A stretch of DNA of 64,000 bases. Origin: Minisyncoccota bacterium. GTDB lineage: Bacteria; Patescibacteriota; Minisyncoccia; Phycocordibacterales; Phycocordibacteraceae. Each line of letters begins with the position of its first letter. The stretch's first letter is position 1. The stretch spans positions 100,237 through 164,236 of the forward strand of contig JAGOQE010000002.1 in NCBI GenBank assembly GCA_017991635.1. Direction: 5' to 3'. Under the pieces are notes generated by a model. The model had not been told where the DNA came from and did no database searches. It saw nothing but the letters and a program-made list of their open reading frames with translations. Shown here piece by piece: positions 26,671 to 35,399 of the stretch. The position numbers and the translations under genes were made by a program.

Positions 26671-27051
26671 CTACTTGGCGAGGAAGCAGGCTTCGGAGAC
26701 GTAGGTGATGTTCGCCCCTTCGGCGACATCGGCCCGTTCGTTCTCGCAGACGTCCTTCGTGGTGAAGGCGCCCACCTGTTCGAACCGACGGCCGTTCATG
26801 TTCGGCTCGGCGTTCTGCACGAGGAAGGACCAGGGCGCGGTGCCGACGGTGTCGGGGTTGACCCAGGCCTCGGGCAAAGCGGAGTCAGGATTGCTCCAGA
26901 CGACCGGCGTCGGCGCCATCACGAGCAGGGTCGGCTTCGGGGCGGGTTCGGGAGGAGCCCGCTTCACGAAGAAGCGTGACTCCGCGGCGGAGGCGGTGCC
27001 CGCGACCATGAGGGCGCAGACGGCGATGGCGGAAAAGATCAATTTCTTCAT
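26671..27051 (-). CDS. Small secreted protein (signal peptide), GC-rich, compositionally foreign
   Basis: 126 aa. 'MKKLIFSAIAVCALMVAGTASAAE' signal peptide. GC-rich third codon positions unlike the flanking dnaK/dnaJ. Sits between two copies of an about 30-bp hairpin. Confidence 0.5.
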   Translation of the reverse strand: MKKLIFSAIAVCALMVAGTASAAESRFFVKRAPPEPAPKPTLLVMAPTPVVWSNPDSALPEAWVNPDTVGTAPWSFLVQNAEPNMNGRRFEQVGAFTTKDVCENERADVAEGANITYVSEACFLAK

Positions 27052-27125
27052 TTGGTCGGTTCTCCCTATGACCTTGAATGAGTGAATATATTATAACACA
27101 CGTGTCAAGTTTTGCTAGGTGAGAC

Positions 27126-27157
27126 AAGGGGCGGTTTGGATTTCTCTAAACCGCCCC
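27126..27157. repeat. Hairpin repeat copy 2 (GGGGCGGTTTGGATTTCTCTAAACCGCCCC)
   Basis: Direct repeat of 26615..26647. Confidence 0.6.
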
Positions 27158-27172
27158 TATGCACGATGATGC

Positions 27173-27406
27173 TTAGAGCATTTTGTCTTTGGCTTCTTTC
27201 CAGACTTGCAGAAGCTCGCGGGCCATGTGGACGACGAGTGCTCCGGCGCTGTACACCACCAACATCACCACAACCCAGCCAAAAGGCATCTCACGAACGC
27301 TCTTAAGGAGCACCTGAGTGCTTCCAAAGAACAGCTGAGACATCGCGAGCATGAGCAGGGTGCTGAGTACTGCACCGACGAGGTAATTGATAACCATGTT
27401 CCTCAT
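27173..27406 (-). CDS. Small 2-TM membrane protein (77 aa)
   Basis: ORF with two hydrophobic helices, located inside the dnaK-dnaJ interval. Confidence 0.3.
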   Translation of the reverse strand: MRNMVINYLVGAVLSTLLMLAMSQLFFGSTQVLLKSVREMPFGWVVVMLVVYSAGALVVHMARELLQVWKEAKDKML

Positions 27407-27420
27407 AGGGTTCTCCTGTT

Positions 27421-27681
27421 CTAGTTTCGGCGGATGCCGACGGCAAAGTAGGCGAATTGCCCGTGAATGGCGAGGTCATGCGAGATACGACGCTGAACGA
27501 GAGTGATGCGCTTGCCTTCATGAAGCTCGCGCACCCTTGCGATGACTCCCTTGTCGGCAGTTGAGGTGTGCTCACCGACGTGATACACGACCTTGTCTCC
27601 CGCGGCGATTTCGCTGAGCTTCGTCAGAATTGCACTTGGTGCCAAGGGCTCCTGCCCGGTGTAGCGCAGTACGTTGTACAT
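27421..27681 (-). CDS. Small hypothetical protein (86 aa)
   Basis: ATG at 27681 preceded by AAGGAG (6-nt spacer). Encodes MYNVLRYTGQEPLAPSAILTKLSEIAAGDKVVYHVGEHTS... Confidence 0.35.
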   Translation of the reverse strand: MYNVLRYTGQEPLAPSAILTKLSEIAAGDKVVYHVGEHTSTADKGVIARVRELHEGKRITLVQRRISHDLAIHGQFAYFAVGIRRN

Positions 27682-27691
27682 GTTCTGCTCC

Positions 27692-27937
27692 TTAGTGCTT
27701 GAACTTGTGAATGAAGTGCTTGATGCGCATGCGAAGAAGTCGCTTCTTTGCGGCTTCTCTGCGATAGCGACGGTCGTACTCGCGTTCCTCGTCCACGCTG
27801 AGCGCCAAAACAACGTGTCTTTTGGGAAGACTCTGACGAAGTAAGGCTGTCAGCAAGAGTAGGAAGACGACAACATAAATCATGACACCCTCATGTGCTG
27901 TTCTGATGAGCACTATGCCATAGGCAATACAAAACAC
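27692..27937 (-). CDS. Small membrane protein (81 aa) with basic C-terminus
   Basis: TM helix + Arg/Lys-rich tail. Immediately downstream of dnaK. Confidence 0.3.
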   Translation of the reverse strand: MFCIAYGIVLIRTAHEGVMIYVVVFLLLLTALLRQSLPKRHVVLALSVDEEREYDRRYRREAAKKRLLRMRIKHFIHKFKH

Positions 27938-27977
27938 CAGCGCGGGCTTTGCCCACGCTGGTGTTCCGACTTCCTCC

Positions 27978-29870
27978 CTAATCTTCCTTTGGCTTCTCTG
28001 TGAACTCAGCGTCCTTTGCCTCTTCCGCAGGGGTCTCCCCTGCTTCAGGAGAGGTTGCGTCTCCTTGGTCCTTCATCATGGCTTCGCCAATCTTTGAAAG
28101 AGAGGTTGAAAGTTCCTCGGAAGCTTTCTTAATTCCTTCAAGGTCCTCGCCTTCGCGCACGGTACGAAGTGCTGCGATTTTTTCGTTCACTTCCTTCACC
28201 ACTTCTTCACCTGCCTTCTCGCCATTATCCTTGATGGCCTTCTCCGCAGTGTAGATCATCTGTTCAGCGATGTTCTTCGCTTCAATGACTTCCTTACGCT
28301 TTGCGTCTTCAGTTGCATGCGCTTCTGCATCAGCCTTCATCTTCTCAATATCTTCAGGTGAGAGACCTGTTGAGCCTTCAATGCGGATAGACTGCTCTTT
28401 TCCGCTCGTTTTCTCTTTTGCCTTCACGGTAAGGATACCGTTTGAGTCCACGTCAAAGGACACTTCAACTTGTGGAAGCCCACGTGGAGCTGGTGGAATG
28501 CCATCAAGGTTGAACTTTCCAAGAGACTTGTTGTCATTAGCCATTGCGCGCTCTCCTTGAGTCACGTGAATTTCTACTGACGTCTGATTGTCTGCCGCTG
28601 TTGAGAAGACCTGCGTCTTTGAGGTTGGAATTGCAGTGTTTCGCTCAATGAGCTTTGTTGCCACACCTCCCATGGTCTCAATAGAAAGTGAGAGAGGGAT
28701 AACATCAACAAGGAGAATATCTTTCACGTCTCCCTGGAGAATTCCCGCCTGAATAGCAGCACCAATAGCCACTACTTCATCAGGGTTCACGCCCATATGA
28801 AGTTCCTTTCCGAAGAGCGCCTTCACCTCCTCCTGAATCTTAGGCATGCGTGTCTGACCACCCACAAGAACGATCTCGTTAATGTCAGAAGGTTTGATGT
28901 TTGCCGCTTCAAGAGCGCGCTTGGTGATATCAATTGAGCGGGTGACAAACTCACTTGCAAGCTCCTCAAGCATTGCGCGAGTGAGCTTGATGAGAAGGTG
29001 CTGAGGAGCGCCGTCTGGGCCTGCTGTGATGAATGGGATGTTCACCTCAGTCTCAGCTGAAGAAGAGAGCTCAAGCTTTGCCTTCTCTGCAGCTTCATCA
29101 AGTCGCTGGAGAGTGAGTGGGTCCTTTGAGATATCAATACCGCTCTGCTTTTTGAACTCGTCAGCAAGGTAGCGAACAATCTTCTGGTCAATGTCACGAC
29201 CTCCCATATGTGAGTCGCCGTCTGTTGAGCGCACCTCAATAACGTCATCTCCTACTTCAAGAACTGACACGTCAAAGGTGCCGCCTCCAAAGTCGTAGAC
29301 AACAATCTTCTCGTCCTTCTTCTTATTAAATCCGTACGCGAGAGCTGCTGCAGTAGGTTCGTTGATGATGCGAAGGACATTAAGTCCTGCAACTTGACCT
29401 GCTGCCTTTGTCGCATTTCGCTGTGCGTCGTCAAAGTATGCGGGTACGGTGATGATAGCTTCGGTGATTTTCTCGCCGAGCTTTGCCTCTGCGTCTGCCT
29501 TCATCTTTGAGAGAATCATTGCGGACACCTCCTCAGGACGGTAGTCCTTGTCGCCTAGAAATACCTGCACGCCTCCGTCAGGACCTGCCTTTACTTCATA
29601 CGGAACGATATCCTTGTCCTTCTGCACTGCTTCATCCTGGAAGCGGTGACCCATGAAGCGCTTAATACCGTAAATGGTGTTCTTTGGGTTCGTGACGGCC
29701 TGACGCTTTGCGAGAGTTCCTACAATGCGCTCACCGTTCTTAGCGATAGCAACCACTGAAGGCATGGTGCGTGTTCCCTCTGCGTTTTCCAAAACACGAG
29801 GCTCACCTCCCTCCATGATAGCCATTGCGGAGTTTGTTGTTCCAAGATCAATACCAAGAATTTTTGCCAT
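27978..29870 (-). CDS. dnaK: Molecular chaperone DnaK (Hsp70)
   Basis: 630 aa. '[18 protein letters not shown]', '[10 protein letters not shown]', '[11 protein letters not shown]' Hsp70 signatures. Acidic C-terminus. Confidence 0.95.
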   Translation of the reverse strand: MAKILGIDLGTTNSAMAIMEGGEPRVLENAEGTRTMPSVVAIAKNGERIVGTLAKRQAVTNPKNTIYGIKRFMGHRFQDEAVQKDKDIVPYEVKAGPDGGVQVFLGDKDYRPEEVSAMILSKMKADAEAKLGEKITEAIITVPAYFDDAQRNATKAAGQVAGLNVLRIINEPTAAALAYGFNKKKDEKIVVYDFGGGTFDVSVLEVGDDVIEVRSTDGDSHMGGRDIDQKIVRYLADEFKKQSGIDISKDPLTLQRLDEAAEKAKLELSSSAETEVNIPFITAGPDGAPQHLLIKLTRAMLEELASEFVTRSIDITKRALEAANIKPSDINEIVLVGGQTRMPKIQEEVKALFGKELHMGVNPDEVVAIGAAIQAGILQGDVKDILLVDVIPLSLSIETMGGVATKLIERNTAIPTSKTQVFSTAADNQTSVEIHVTQGERAMANDNKSLGKFNLDGIPPAPRGLPQVEVSFDVDSNGILTVKAKEKTSGKEQSIRIEGSTGLSPEDIEKMKADAEAHATEDAKRKEVIEAKNIAEQMIYTAEKAIKDNGEKAGEEVVKEVNEKIAALRTVREGEDLEGIKKASEELSTSLSKIGEAMMKDQGDATSPEAGETPAEEAKDAEFTEKPKED

Positions 29871-29948
29871 AGCTTTGTTGTGTTTGCTTTATAAAATTAT
29901 GTCCCTGTTCGCACTGATACTTCTATTTTACGCTTCCTATTTCTAGGT

Positions 29949-30494
29949 TCAAGTGTGGGAGAAGACGCGGACCATCGCGGGGCGAACGACCACATCCTGT
30001 ACCTTCCAACCCTTCTCTAGCACCTGTGAGATGGTGTCATCCTTGCTCATGTCGTCTGTTGGGTCCTGCCCCAGTGCCTCGTGAAGGCTTGGGTCAAAGG
30101 CCTCACCTACTAAGCCGAACGAAACGAGTCCTACTGTCTTCCCGGCGCTCTCCAACTGCTTCATGATTGCCTGAAACCCTTCTGGAATGTCACCCTGTGC
30201 GCTTGCGCGAGCGAGTGAATCCATAACAGGAATGAATGCTTCGGCCGTCTTTACTGCACCATTCGACTTCGCTCTTGAGACATCTTCATCAAAGCGCTTG
30301 AGGGCATTTACATAATCTGCCTTCGCGCGTTGCCATCCGTCTAAATATTCCTGCTTCTCTTTCTTGCAGACAGCAAGTTCCTGTTTCACTTTCTCGACCT
30401 TTGACTCGGCCCGAGATTCAGTAGCTTCGAGCTCTTCTTCGCTCATGCCTTCCTCAATATCTTCTGTATCAATAATTACATCATCATCGCTCAT
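29949..30494 (-). CDS. grpE: Nucleotide exchange factor GrpE
   Basis: 181 aa. Acidic N-terminus, coiled-coil 'LAVCKKEKQEYLDGWQRAKADYVN', C-terminal β-domain. Confidence 0.85.
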   Translation of the reverse strand: MSDDDVIIDTEDIEEGMSEEELEATESRAESKVEKVKQELAVCKKEKQEYLDGWQRAKADYVNALKRFDEDVSRAKSNGAVKTAEAFIPVMDSLARASAQGDIPEGFQAIMKQLESAGKTVGLVSFGLVGEAFDPSLHEALGQDPTDDMSKDDTISQVLEKGWKVQDVVVRPAMVRVFSHT

Positions 30495-30538
30495 ATTTGC
30501 ATTATGAATGAATTTTTTATCTCTGTCAAAAACGTGAA

Positions 30539-30570
30539 TGGCCTCTCCTTCTTTGGGAAAGGAGAGGCCA
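30539..30570. promoter_or_regulatory. Perfect 12-bp inverted repeat immediately upstream of grpE (possible heat-shock operator or terminator)
   Basis: GGCCTCTCCTTTC-TTTGGG-AAAGGAGAGGCC. Not a canonical CIRCE. Confidence 0.35.
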
Positions 30571-30799
30571 AAATCACACGTTCTATATTTTCAACGGTCC
30601 ACTCCGTGGAGCGCATATAGGTTACGGGCGAAAATTCAATGTCCCGCGCGGGCAAAACAGGACAGAATTTATGTGTGATTACCCGATTGGTTAAGGAACT
30701 GCCAAACCCTGCGGCGACGCACAGCCCCTCTTGTGTCACGACGACCCAATACATCGCCGAAGATAGCGTCGCCCTAGCACTATACAATATATGGCTATT

Positions 30800-31051
30800 T
30801 TAGCCAGTCTTTATGAAAAGTGATTCTTTTCCCTCTCGTGAAAGTTTTTTGATACCAGCTTCTCTCTTTAAGGCTTCGCTTCGTGTATGAAATGCTTCTT
30901 GGTGAACAAGCACTACTGGCCGTCTTCCGCTCGTGTACTTTGCGCCCTTAGGGCTTTCATTGTGTTCCTTTACTCGACGCAGAACATCCGTTGCAATCCC
31001 TGTATAGAGTGTGTCGTCAGAACATCGGAGGATGTAGACGAAGTACGGCAT
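30800..31051 (-). CDS. GIY-YIG nuclease-superfamily protein (UPF0213-like)
   Basis: 'YFVYILRCSDDTLYTGIATDVLRRVKEHN' GIY-YIG motif. Start is probably at MPYFVYIL. Confidence 0.65.
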   Translation of the reverse strand: MPYFVYILRCSDDTLYTGIATDVLRRVKEHNESPKGAKYTSGRRPVVLVHQEAFHTRSEALKREAGIKKLSREGKESLFIKTG

Positions 31052-31052
31052 A

Positions 31053-32561
31053 CTACTTGCCGAGGTCCAAGGTCTCGTCAATTCTGATTTGCTCCACAAA
31101 TTCAGGGACGTGGCTCACGAGAACGAGTGCACCCTCATAGGCATCAAGCGCTTTTGCAATGACGGGAATGTGACGGAAGTTAATGTGGTTTGTCGGCTCG
31201 TCCAAAATAAGGAGACCAGGACGAAGAAGAACGAGTTGCGTGAATGCCACAAGCCCCTTCTGACCTTCAGAGAGTGCGCCGACTTTCTTGCGCATTGCCT
31301 CACCGTTAATAAGGAAGCCTGCCGCAGTAGCGCGCATGTTCTCTTCAATAGGGCGCTCCATAGCATCCATCAAGGTTTCAAACACCGTCTTCTCAAAGTT
31401 TAGGGTGGAGAAGTCTTGGCGGTAGTAGCCCACCTTCGTGCCCGGGAGAATTTGAGCTCCCTCTGCAGTCCCCTTTGCAAGAGACTCAAGAAGGGTTGTC
31501 TTTCCAATACCGTTAGGACCCTTCAACAGAAGGTGACGATTCTTACGAAGCTCAATTTCTGCTTTGTGTACCTTTGGATTGTGCGTCTTAGGGTCAAGAG
31601 TGGTGTATGAAGAAATGCTGAGGATATTTCCCACCAAGTCGTCAGGACATGGAATGGTGAAGTTTCGGATTGTCTTGTCCTCTCTGCGGATATCCACTTT
31701 GTCTTCTTCCATTTCCTCAATTTCGTCACGCATTTTCTTTGCAACGAGACGCATCTTTCCTCCCTTCTGAGCGAAGTAGTTCATCTTTTCCTTGTTGTCC
31801 TGAATCTTCTTTGCAAGCTGTGCGTTCTGACGATTCTCTCGCTCAATACGCGCGGTGATGTCCTTCAATACGTTGTGGTAGTTACCTACATACTGCTCGA
31901 GCTTTCTCGTGTGTACGTCGAGGTAGAGGACGCCGTCAGAAAATGAGTTAAGGAATTCTGCATCATGGGAAATAACCATACAGGTCTTCTCGTAGTTCAC
32001 GAGAAAGTCGGTGAGGTGCTCGATACCAGCAGTGTCGAGATTGTTCGTTGGCTCATCAAGTAGAAGTAGGTCAGGGTTTTGAATGAGGGCAGATGCGAGG
32101 AGTAGGCGTGCCTGCTGACCACCAGAGAATGAGCCGATAGTGCGTTCAAAAATAGAAATATTCTTTGGCACGTGGAGATTCACGACATCAAGAACCTTCT
32201 CAATCTTTGGGTCAATGTCGTAGACCTTTTCGCTAAAGCACGCCTCAAAGAATGCACGCACAGTAAGGTCGCGCTCCTTGGGCGCGATTGCTTGGCGCGA
32301 TAGCGCGATGGTAAGTCCTTCCTGTTTCCAGATTTTGCCGTCCTCAGGAGGAAGTTCGCCCGTAATGAGCTTGAAAATAGTACTCTTGCCTGCGCCGTTT
32401 TGACCCATGAGGGTGACCTTCATACCTTTCTTCAAAGAGAAGTCCACGTTGTCGAGGATTGGGTAGTTTTGCCCGTAGTTAAAGGAAAGTTCCTCAAAGC
32501 GAAGAACCGCTTCGCGCGGTCCTTGTGGAGTATTTGCTTTTGAGCCGTTCTTCCCTGCCAT
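31053..32561 (-). CDS. ABC-F family ATPase (two tandem ABC domains, no TMD)
   Basis: 502 aa. Two Walker A (GQNGAGKST; GPNGIGKTT), two signature motifs (FSGGQQARL; LSEGQKGLV), inter-domain charged linker. Confidence 0.85.
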   Translation of the reverse strand: MAGKNGSKANTPQGPREAVLRFEELSFNYGQNYPILDNVDFSLKKGMKVTLMGQNGAGKSTIFKLITGELPPEDGKIWKQEGLTIALSRQAIAPKERDLTVRAFFEACFSEKVYDIDPKIEKVLDVVNLHVPKNISIFERTIGSFSGGQQARLLLASALIQNPDLLLLDEPTNNLDTAGIEHLTDFLVNYEKTCMVISHDAEFLNSFSDGVLYLDVHTRKLEQYVGNYHNVLKDITARIERENRQNAQLAKKIQDNKEKMNYFAQKGGKMRLVAKKMRDEIEEMEEDKVDIRREDKTIRNFTIPCPDDLVGNILSISSYTTLDPKTHNPKVHKAEIELRKNRHLLLKGPNGIGKTTLLESLAKGTAEGAQILPGTKVGYYRQDFSTLNFEKTVFETLMDAMERPIEENMRATAAGFLINGEAMRKKVGALSEGQKGLVAFTQLVLLRPGLLILDEPTNHINFRHIPVIAKALDAYEGALVLVSHVPEFVEQIRIDETLDLGK

Positions 32562-32594
32562 TTATCATATTATACACTATTTCCTGCTCGAAGT

Positions 32595-33359
32595 CTATTT
32601 GCTAAGCTCCTTACTCATTCTATTTAGCACATCAATACATAAATTAAACAAATCCTGTGCCTGCTCGATGTCGTACGTTGCGTCAGGGTGTTGCGTTGGA
32701 TTTCTGAATGATTTCCTGATGTGTTTGAGGTGTTCAATTAACGCCGCGTCGGGTTTTCTTGTGCCACGTTTTGATTCAAGCGCCTTCTCCATCGGTCCCC
32801 ATTCTAGTCTGGCGAGTCTATTTCTTTTGATATTCTTAAAGTAAAGTTCTCTCAAGGTTGACTCAACAGTTCTCATTAGATGAAAGGCAGATGCAGTTGG
32901 CAGATTAAAGGCAATACATTTCCCTGCTTCTTTCAAGTCGTCTTTTGCTAGTATTGGCAGTGTCTCGTAGACATCAGAACTAAGCAGTGACCCAACATTG
33001 TTCAAGAGCATTTGAGTATCTATTCTCTTTCTCTCAACTGTGTAGGAGTACTTAATTCCTGTTTCGGAATCAATGATATCTCTTAAGCGATCCATCAATT
33101 TTCTCAGAGAGATTGTGTGTGTGCCTAAAAGACTATCCTTTTCCGTCTCCTTAAGCTTAGTAAGTAAGTCCGATAAATCTTTAGATGCTCCAGAGTTCTG
33201 AGTAACTTCAAGTTCGAGACTATTCACAGAACTAAAAAAACTCTCAATATTCTCAATGACGCAGCCCTCACCATGGATCTCCATGGTTCCTTGAGCGTCC
33301 TGTAAATATCTGACAACAGTGCCGAAGTAGAAATATAGGTATATCTGCTTTGATATCAT
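32595..33359 (-). CDS. HEPN/DUF4145-like protein (putative abortive-infection / RNA-nuclease-type domain), in an AT-rich patch
   Basis: C-terminal 'CIAFNLPTASAFHLMRTVESTLRELY' plus 'IRKSFRNPTQHPD' (Rx4-6H HEPN motif). Composition is markedly more AT-rich than neighbours. Start uncertain (alternative M at 33284). Confidence 0.4.
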   Translation of the reverse strand: MISKQIYLYFYFGTVVRYLQDAQGTMEIHGEGCVIENIESFFSSVNSLELEVTQNSGASKDLSDLLTKLKETEKDSLLGTHTISLRKLMDRLRDIIDSETGIKYSYTVERKRIDTQMLLNNVGSLLSSDVYETLPILAKDDLKEAGKCIAFNLPTASAFHLMRTVESTLRELYFKNIKRNRLARLEWGPMEKALESKRGTRKPDAALIEHLKHIRKSFRNPTQHPDATYDIEQAQDLFNLCIDVLNRMSKELSK

Positions 33360-33370
33360 AACAATTTGAT

Positions 33371-34012
33371 TTACACAGATGTTGAATCGTTGTCAGGAAG
33401 GTCGCGGAATTCGATGCCGAGCGGGGTGAGAACGAGGGTTGGGAAATGGCGAGAGGAGCCAAGGCACTCGGGCTTCAGCATGCCGTCGTGAATTGGAAAT
33501 ACTACCTTTGGATTTACCGCCTTTGCGTAATCAATACACTCACCAAGCTTCATCCAAGGGCCAGACACAGGGAGGGCGAGAATCTCCACGGGAACAGGTG
33601 GCACAAAGAATGAATCACCCGGATGGAAAAGTCTGTCTGCAATCATGAATCCCCCGTTCACACAGCGCGGAAGACCCTCATACATAAGGGCGTGCTCGTG
33701 TCCGTAGCGCGCAATTGAAACACCTTTCACTTCGGTCTTTCCGTTGTCTTCTAGTATGGTGGGAGATATGCCCTCTGCCTCAAGCACCTTCCCTGCTCCC
33801 TCATTTGTGATAACGATTGCTTCAGGGTTCTCACCGAGCACTTTTTTGAGAGCGTCCATATCAAGATGGTCACCGTGCTCATGCGTGATAAGTACGGCAT
33901 CAATGCCTGAGAGAGATGGAATGACAGCATACTCACCTGGGTCAAAGAGAAACTTCGCACCAGCTTCCTCTACGAGAATACATGCGTGTCCGTACTTGGT
34001 GATGTTCATCAA
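33371..34012 (-). CDS. MBL-fold metallo-hydrolase
   Basis: 'LITHEHGDHLD' HxHxDH motif, 213 aa. Confidence 0.75.
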   Translation of the reverse strand: MMNITKYGHACILVEEAGAKFLFDPGEYAVIPSLSGIDAVLITHEHGDHLDMDALKKVLGENPEAIVITNEGAGKVLEAEGISPTILEDNGKTEVKGVSIARYGHEHALMYEGLPRCVNGGFMIADRLFHPGDSFFVPPVPVEILALPVSGPWMKLGECIDYAKAVNPKVVFPIHDGMLKPECLGSSRHFPTLVLTPLGIEFRDLPDNDSTSV

Positions 34013-34036
34013 CCTAGTATATCAAATTGGAAGGTT

Positions 34037-34612
34037 CTAAAACCAAGAGAAGAGACCGCCAAACCAAGTTGAGATTGAAATCCATGTAGAGGCGAAGAAT
34101 CCTGGCTCCTCGCTCGGTGCCGGCTCTGTTGCCGTAGTCGTTTCAGTAGGTTCCTCAGGCGTTGGTGTAGGAGTTGTAGTGATTACAGGAGGAGGTGTTG
34201 GGGTTGGTTTCTCGTACGCGGTGCAGTATCCGGCCTGCGGAGTGACCTGGCACGCCATTAGGGTACACATGGCGCCTCCCTGACCCAATGAGCAGTGATT
34301 ACAGCCATCAAACCAGGCAATACAGCCTTTGGGCGGAGTGTACGGTTCTGTGGGCTTTACAGGGCCTGTCTCGGAGTCCGTGCACTCTCCCTTGTGAATG
34401 TAGGTGGCGTTTTTGTCAGCGCCCAACATACAGCTGTTTCCGTAGGTTTCGTAGATTGGATAACAGGGCGCAGTCACACACTGCACCTGCTTAGCACCAC
34501 AGACCGGGTCGTACTGCATCGTACACATGGTAGGAGTCTCAGCACTTGAAATACCTGGAAGGACGACAATGATAAGGGCAAGGAAAAAATGTAACAGAAT
34601 TCTGTTTTTCAT
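34037..34612 (-). CDS. Secreted Kazal-like (serine-protease-inhibitor-type) Cys-rich protein with Pro/Thr linker and hydrophobic C-terminal anchor
   Basis: Signal peptide MKNRILLHFFLALIIVVLPGISSA. 'YDPVCGA...TYGNSCML..A' Kazal consensus. Second Cys-rich module 'CIAWFDGCNHCS...C'. PTPTPPP...TTTATEPAPSEEP linker. Hydrophobic tail. Confidence 0.45.
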   Translation of the reverse strand: MKNRILLHFFLALIIVVLPGISSAETPTMCTMQYDPVCGAKQVQCVTAPCYPIYETYGNSCMLGADKNATYIHKGECTDSETGPVKPTEPYTPPKGCIAWFDGCNHCSLGQGGAMCTLMACQVTPQAGYCTAYEKPTPTPPPVITTTPTPTPEEPTETTTATEPAPSEEPGFFASTWISISTWFGGLFSWF

Positions 34613-34650
34613 AGGTATCAGTATAGACGACACTGAACGGAAATTCTTAC

Positions 34651-34694
34651 ATATAAAAAGAAACCGGGCGCAAGCACTGAGTGCTTGCGCCCGG
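34651..34694 (-). terminator. Intrinsic terminator of the small RHH gene
   Basis: CCGGGCGCAAGCACT-CAGTGCTTGCGCCCGG followed by TTTCTTTTTATAT on the minus strand. Confidence 0.5.
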
Positions 34695-34731
34695 GGTTGA
34701 GGTCTCTGAGTGAGACCTTGTCGCCGTGGCC

Positions 34732-34893
34732 CTAGGCCAAGGCGGGTTGACGCGACCGGTCAAAGGAAACGAGGGCGTCGATGCCCTGCTTCAGGATGGC
34801 GGCCGGCGTGGTGCCGTGCTTCGCCGCGAGCTCGTCGAGCTTCGCGGACGTCTCGCACGGAAGCGGAATCCGAAAGAGTGGGCGCCCCATTGG
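34732..34893 (-). CDS. Small ribbon-helix-helix (CopG/Arc/MetJ-like) DNA-binding protein, GC-rich, compositionally foreign
   Basis: ATG at 34893 with SD GGGAGGTG. 53 aa MGRPLFRIPLPCETSAKLDELAAKHGTTPAAILKQGIDALVSFDRSRQPALA (β-strand + two helices). Own terminator. GC-rich unlike the flanking rpsI. Confidence 0.4.
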   Translation of the reverse strand, partial: PMGRPLFRIPLPCETSAKLDELAAKHGTTPAAILKQGIDALVSFDRSRQPALA

Positions 34894-34949
34894 CACCTCC
34901 CTGTTGCTTGCAGAAAAGCCTGCCTTATTAGTTAAGCACATTACTGAAA

Positions 34950-34984
34950 TAGACAAAACCCCGCGACCTTCGTCGCGGGGTTTT
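34950..34984 (-). terminator. Intrinsic terminator after rpsI (end of ribosomal operon)
   Basis: AAAACCCCGCGACGAAGGTCGCGGGGTTTTG. Confidence 0.6.
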
Positions 34985-34993
34985 GAAAGTGGA

Positions 34994-35395
34994 TTAACGC
35001 TTTGACCACTGTGGGCGCTTGCGGGCCTTTCGAAGTCCTGGCTTCTTTCGCTCCTTTGCACGAGGATCGCGCTTGAGGAGACCTGCAGACTTGAGAGGAG
35101 CACGAAGACGTGACTCACCCTTCATGAGTGCGCGAGCAATAGCGTGACGTACTGCTTCTGCCTGAGAAGCAACACCTCCACCAGCTACGCGAGCAACTAC
35201 TTCAAAGGTTCCAACAACCTCATCAAGACCAAGTGCATCCTTAGCGATAAGGGCACGGTCCTTGGTGTTGAAGAACTCGTCAGCAGGCTTGCCGTTTACG
35301 GTGATGGTCGTCTTAGAAGCAGGTGTGAGCTTTACGCGTGCACTTGCAGTCTTTCGACGTCCAACAGCGACAGTGTAGGTTGTAGTTTCAGACAT
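34994..35395 (-). CDS. rpsI: 30S ribosomal protein S9
   Basis: 133 aa. C-terminal '...KRPQWSKR'. Confidence 0.9.
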   Translation of the reverse strand: MSETTTYTVAVGRRKTASARVKLTPASKTTITVNGKPADEFFNTKDRALIAKDALGLDEVVGTFEVVARVAGGGVASQAEAVRHAIARALMKGESRLRAPLKSAGLLKRDPRAKERKKPGLRKARKRPQWSKR

Positions 35396-35399
35396 AAAA

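Noticed and set aside
30491-30787. 98-aa ORF upstream of, and overlapping, the grpE start (considered as a tiny hrcA-like regulator)
   Set aside because: No SD. Far too short for HrcA. The region is better explained as structured non-coding leader.
30495-30800. CIRCE operator search upstream of grpE
   Set aside because: No TTAGCACTC-N9-GAGTGCTAA match. Only the unrelated 12-bp inverted repeat was found.
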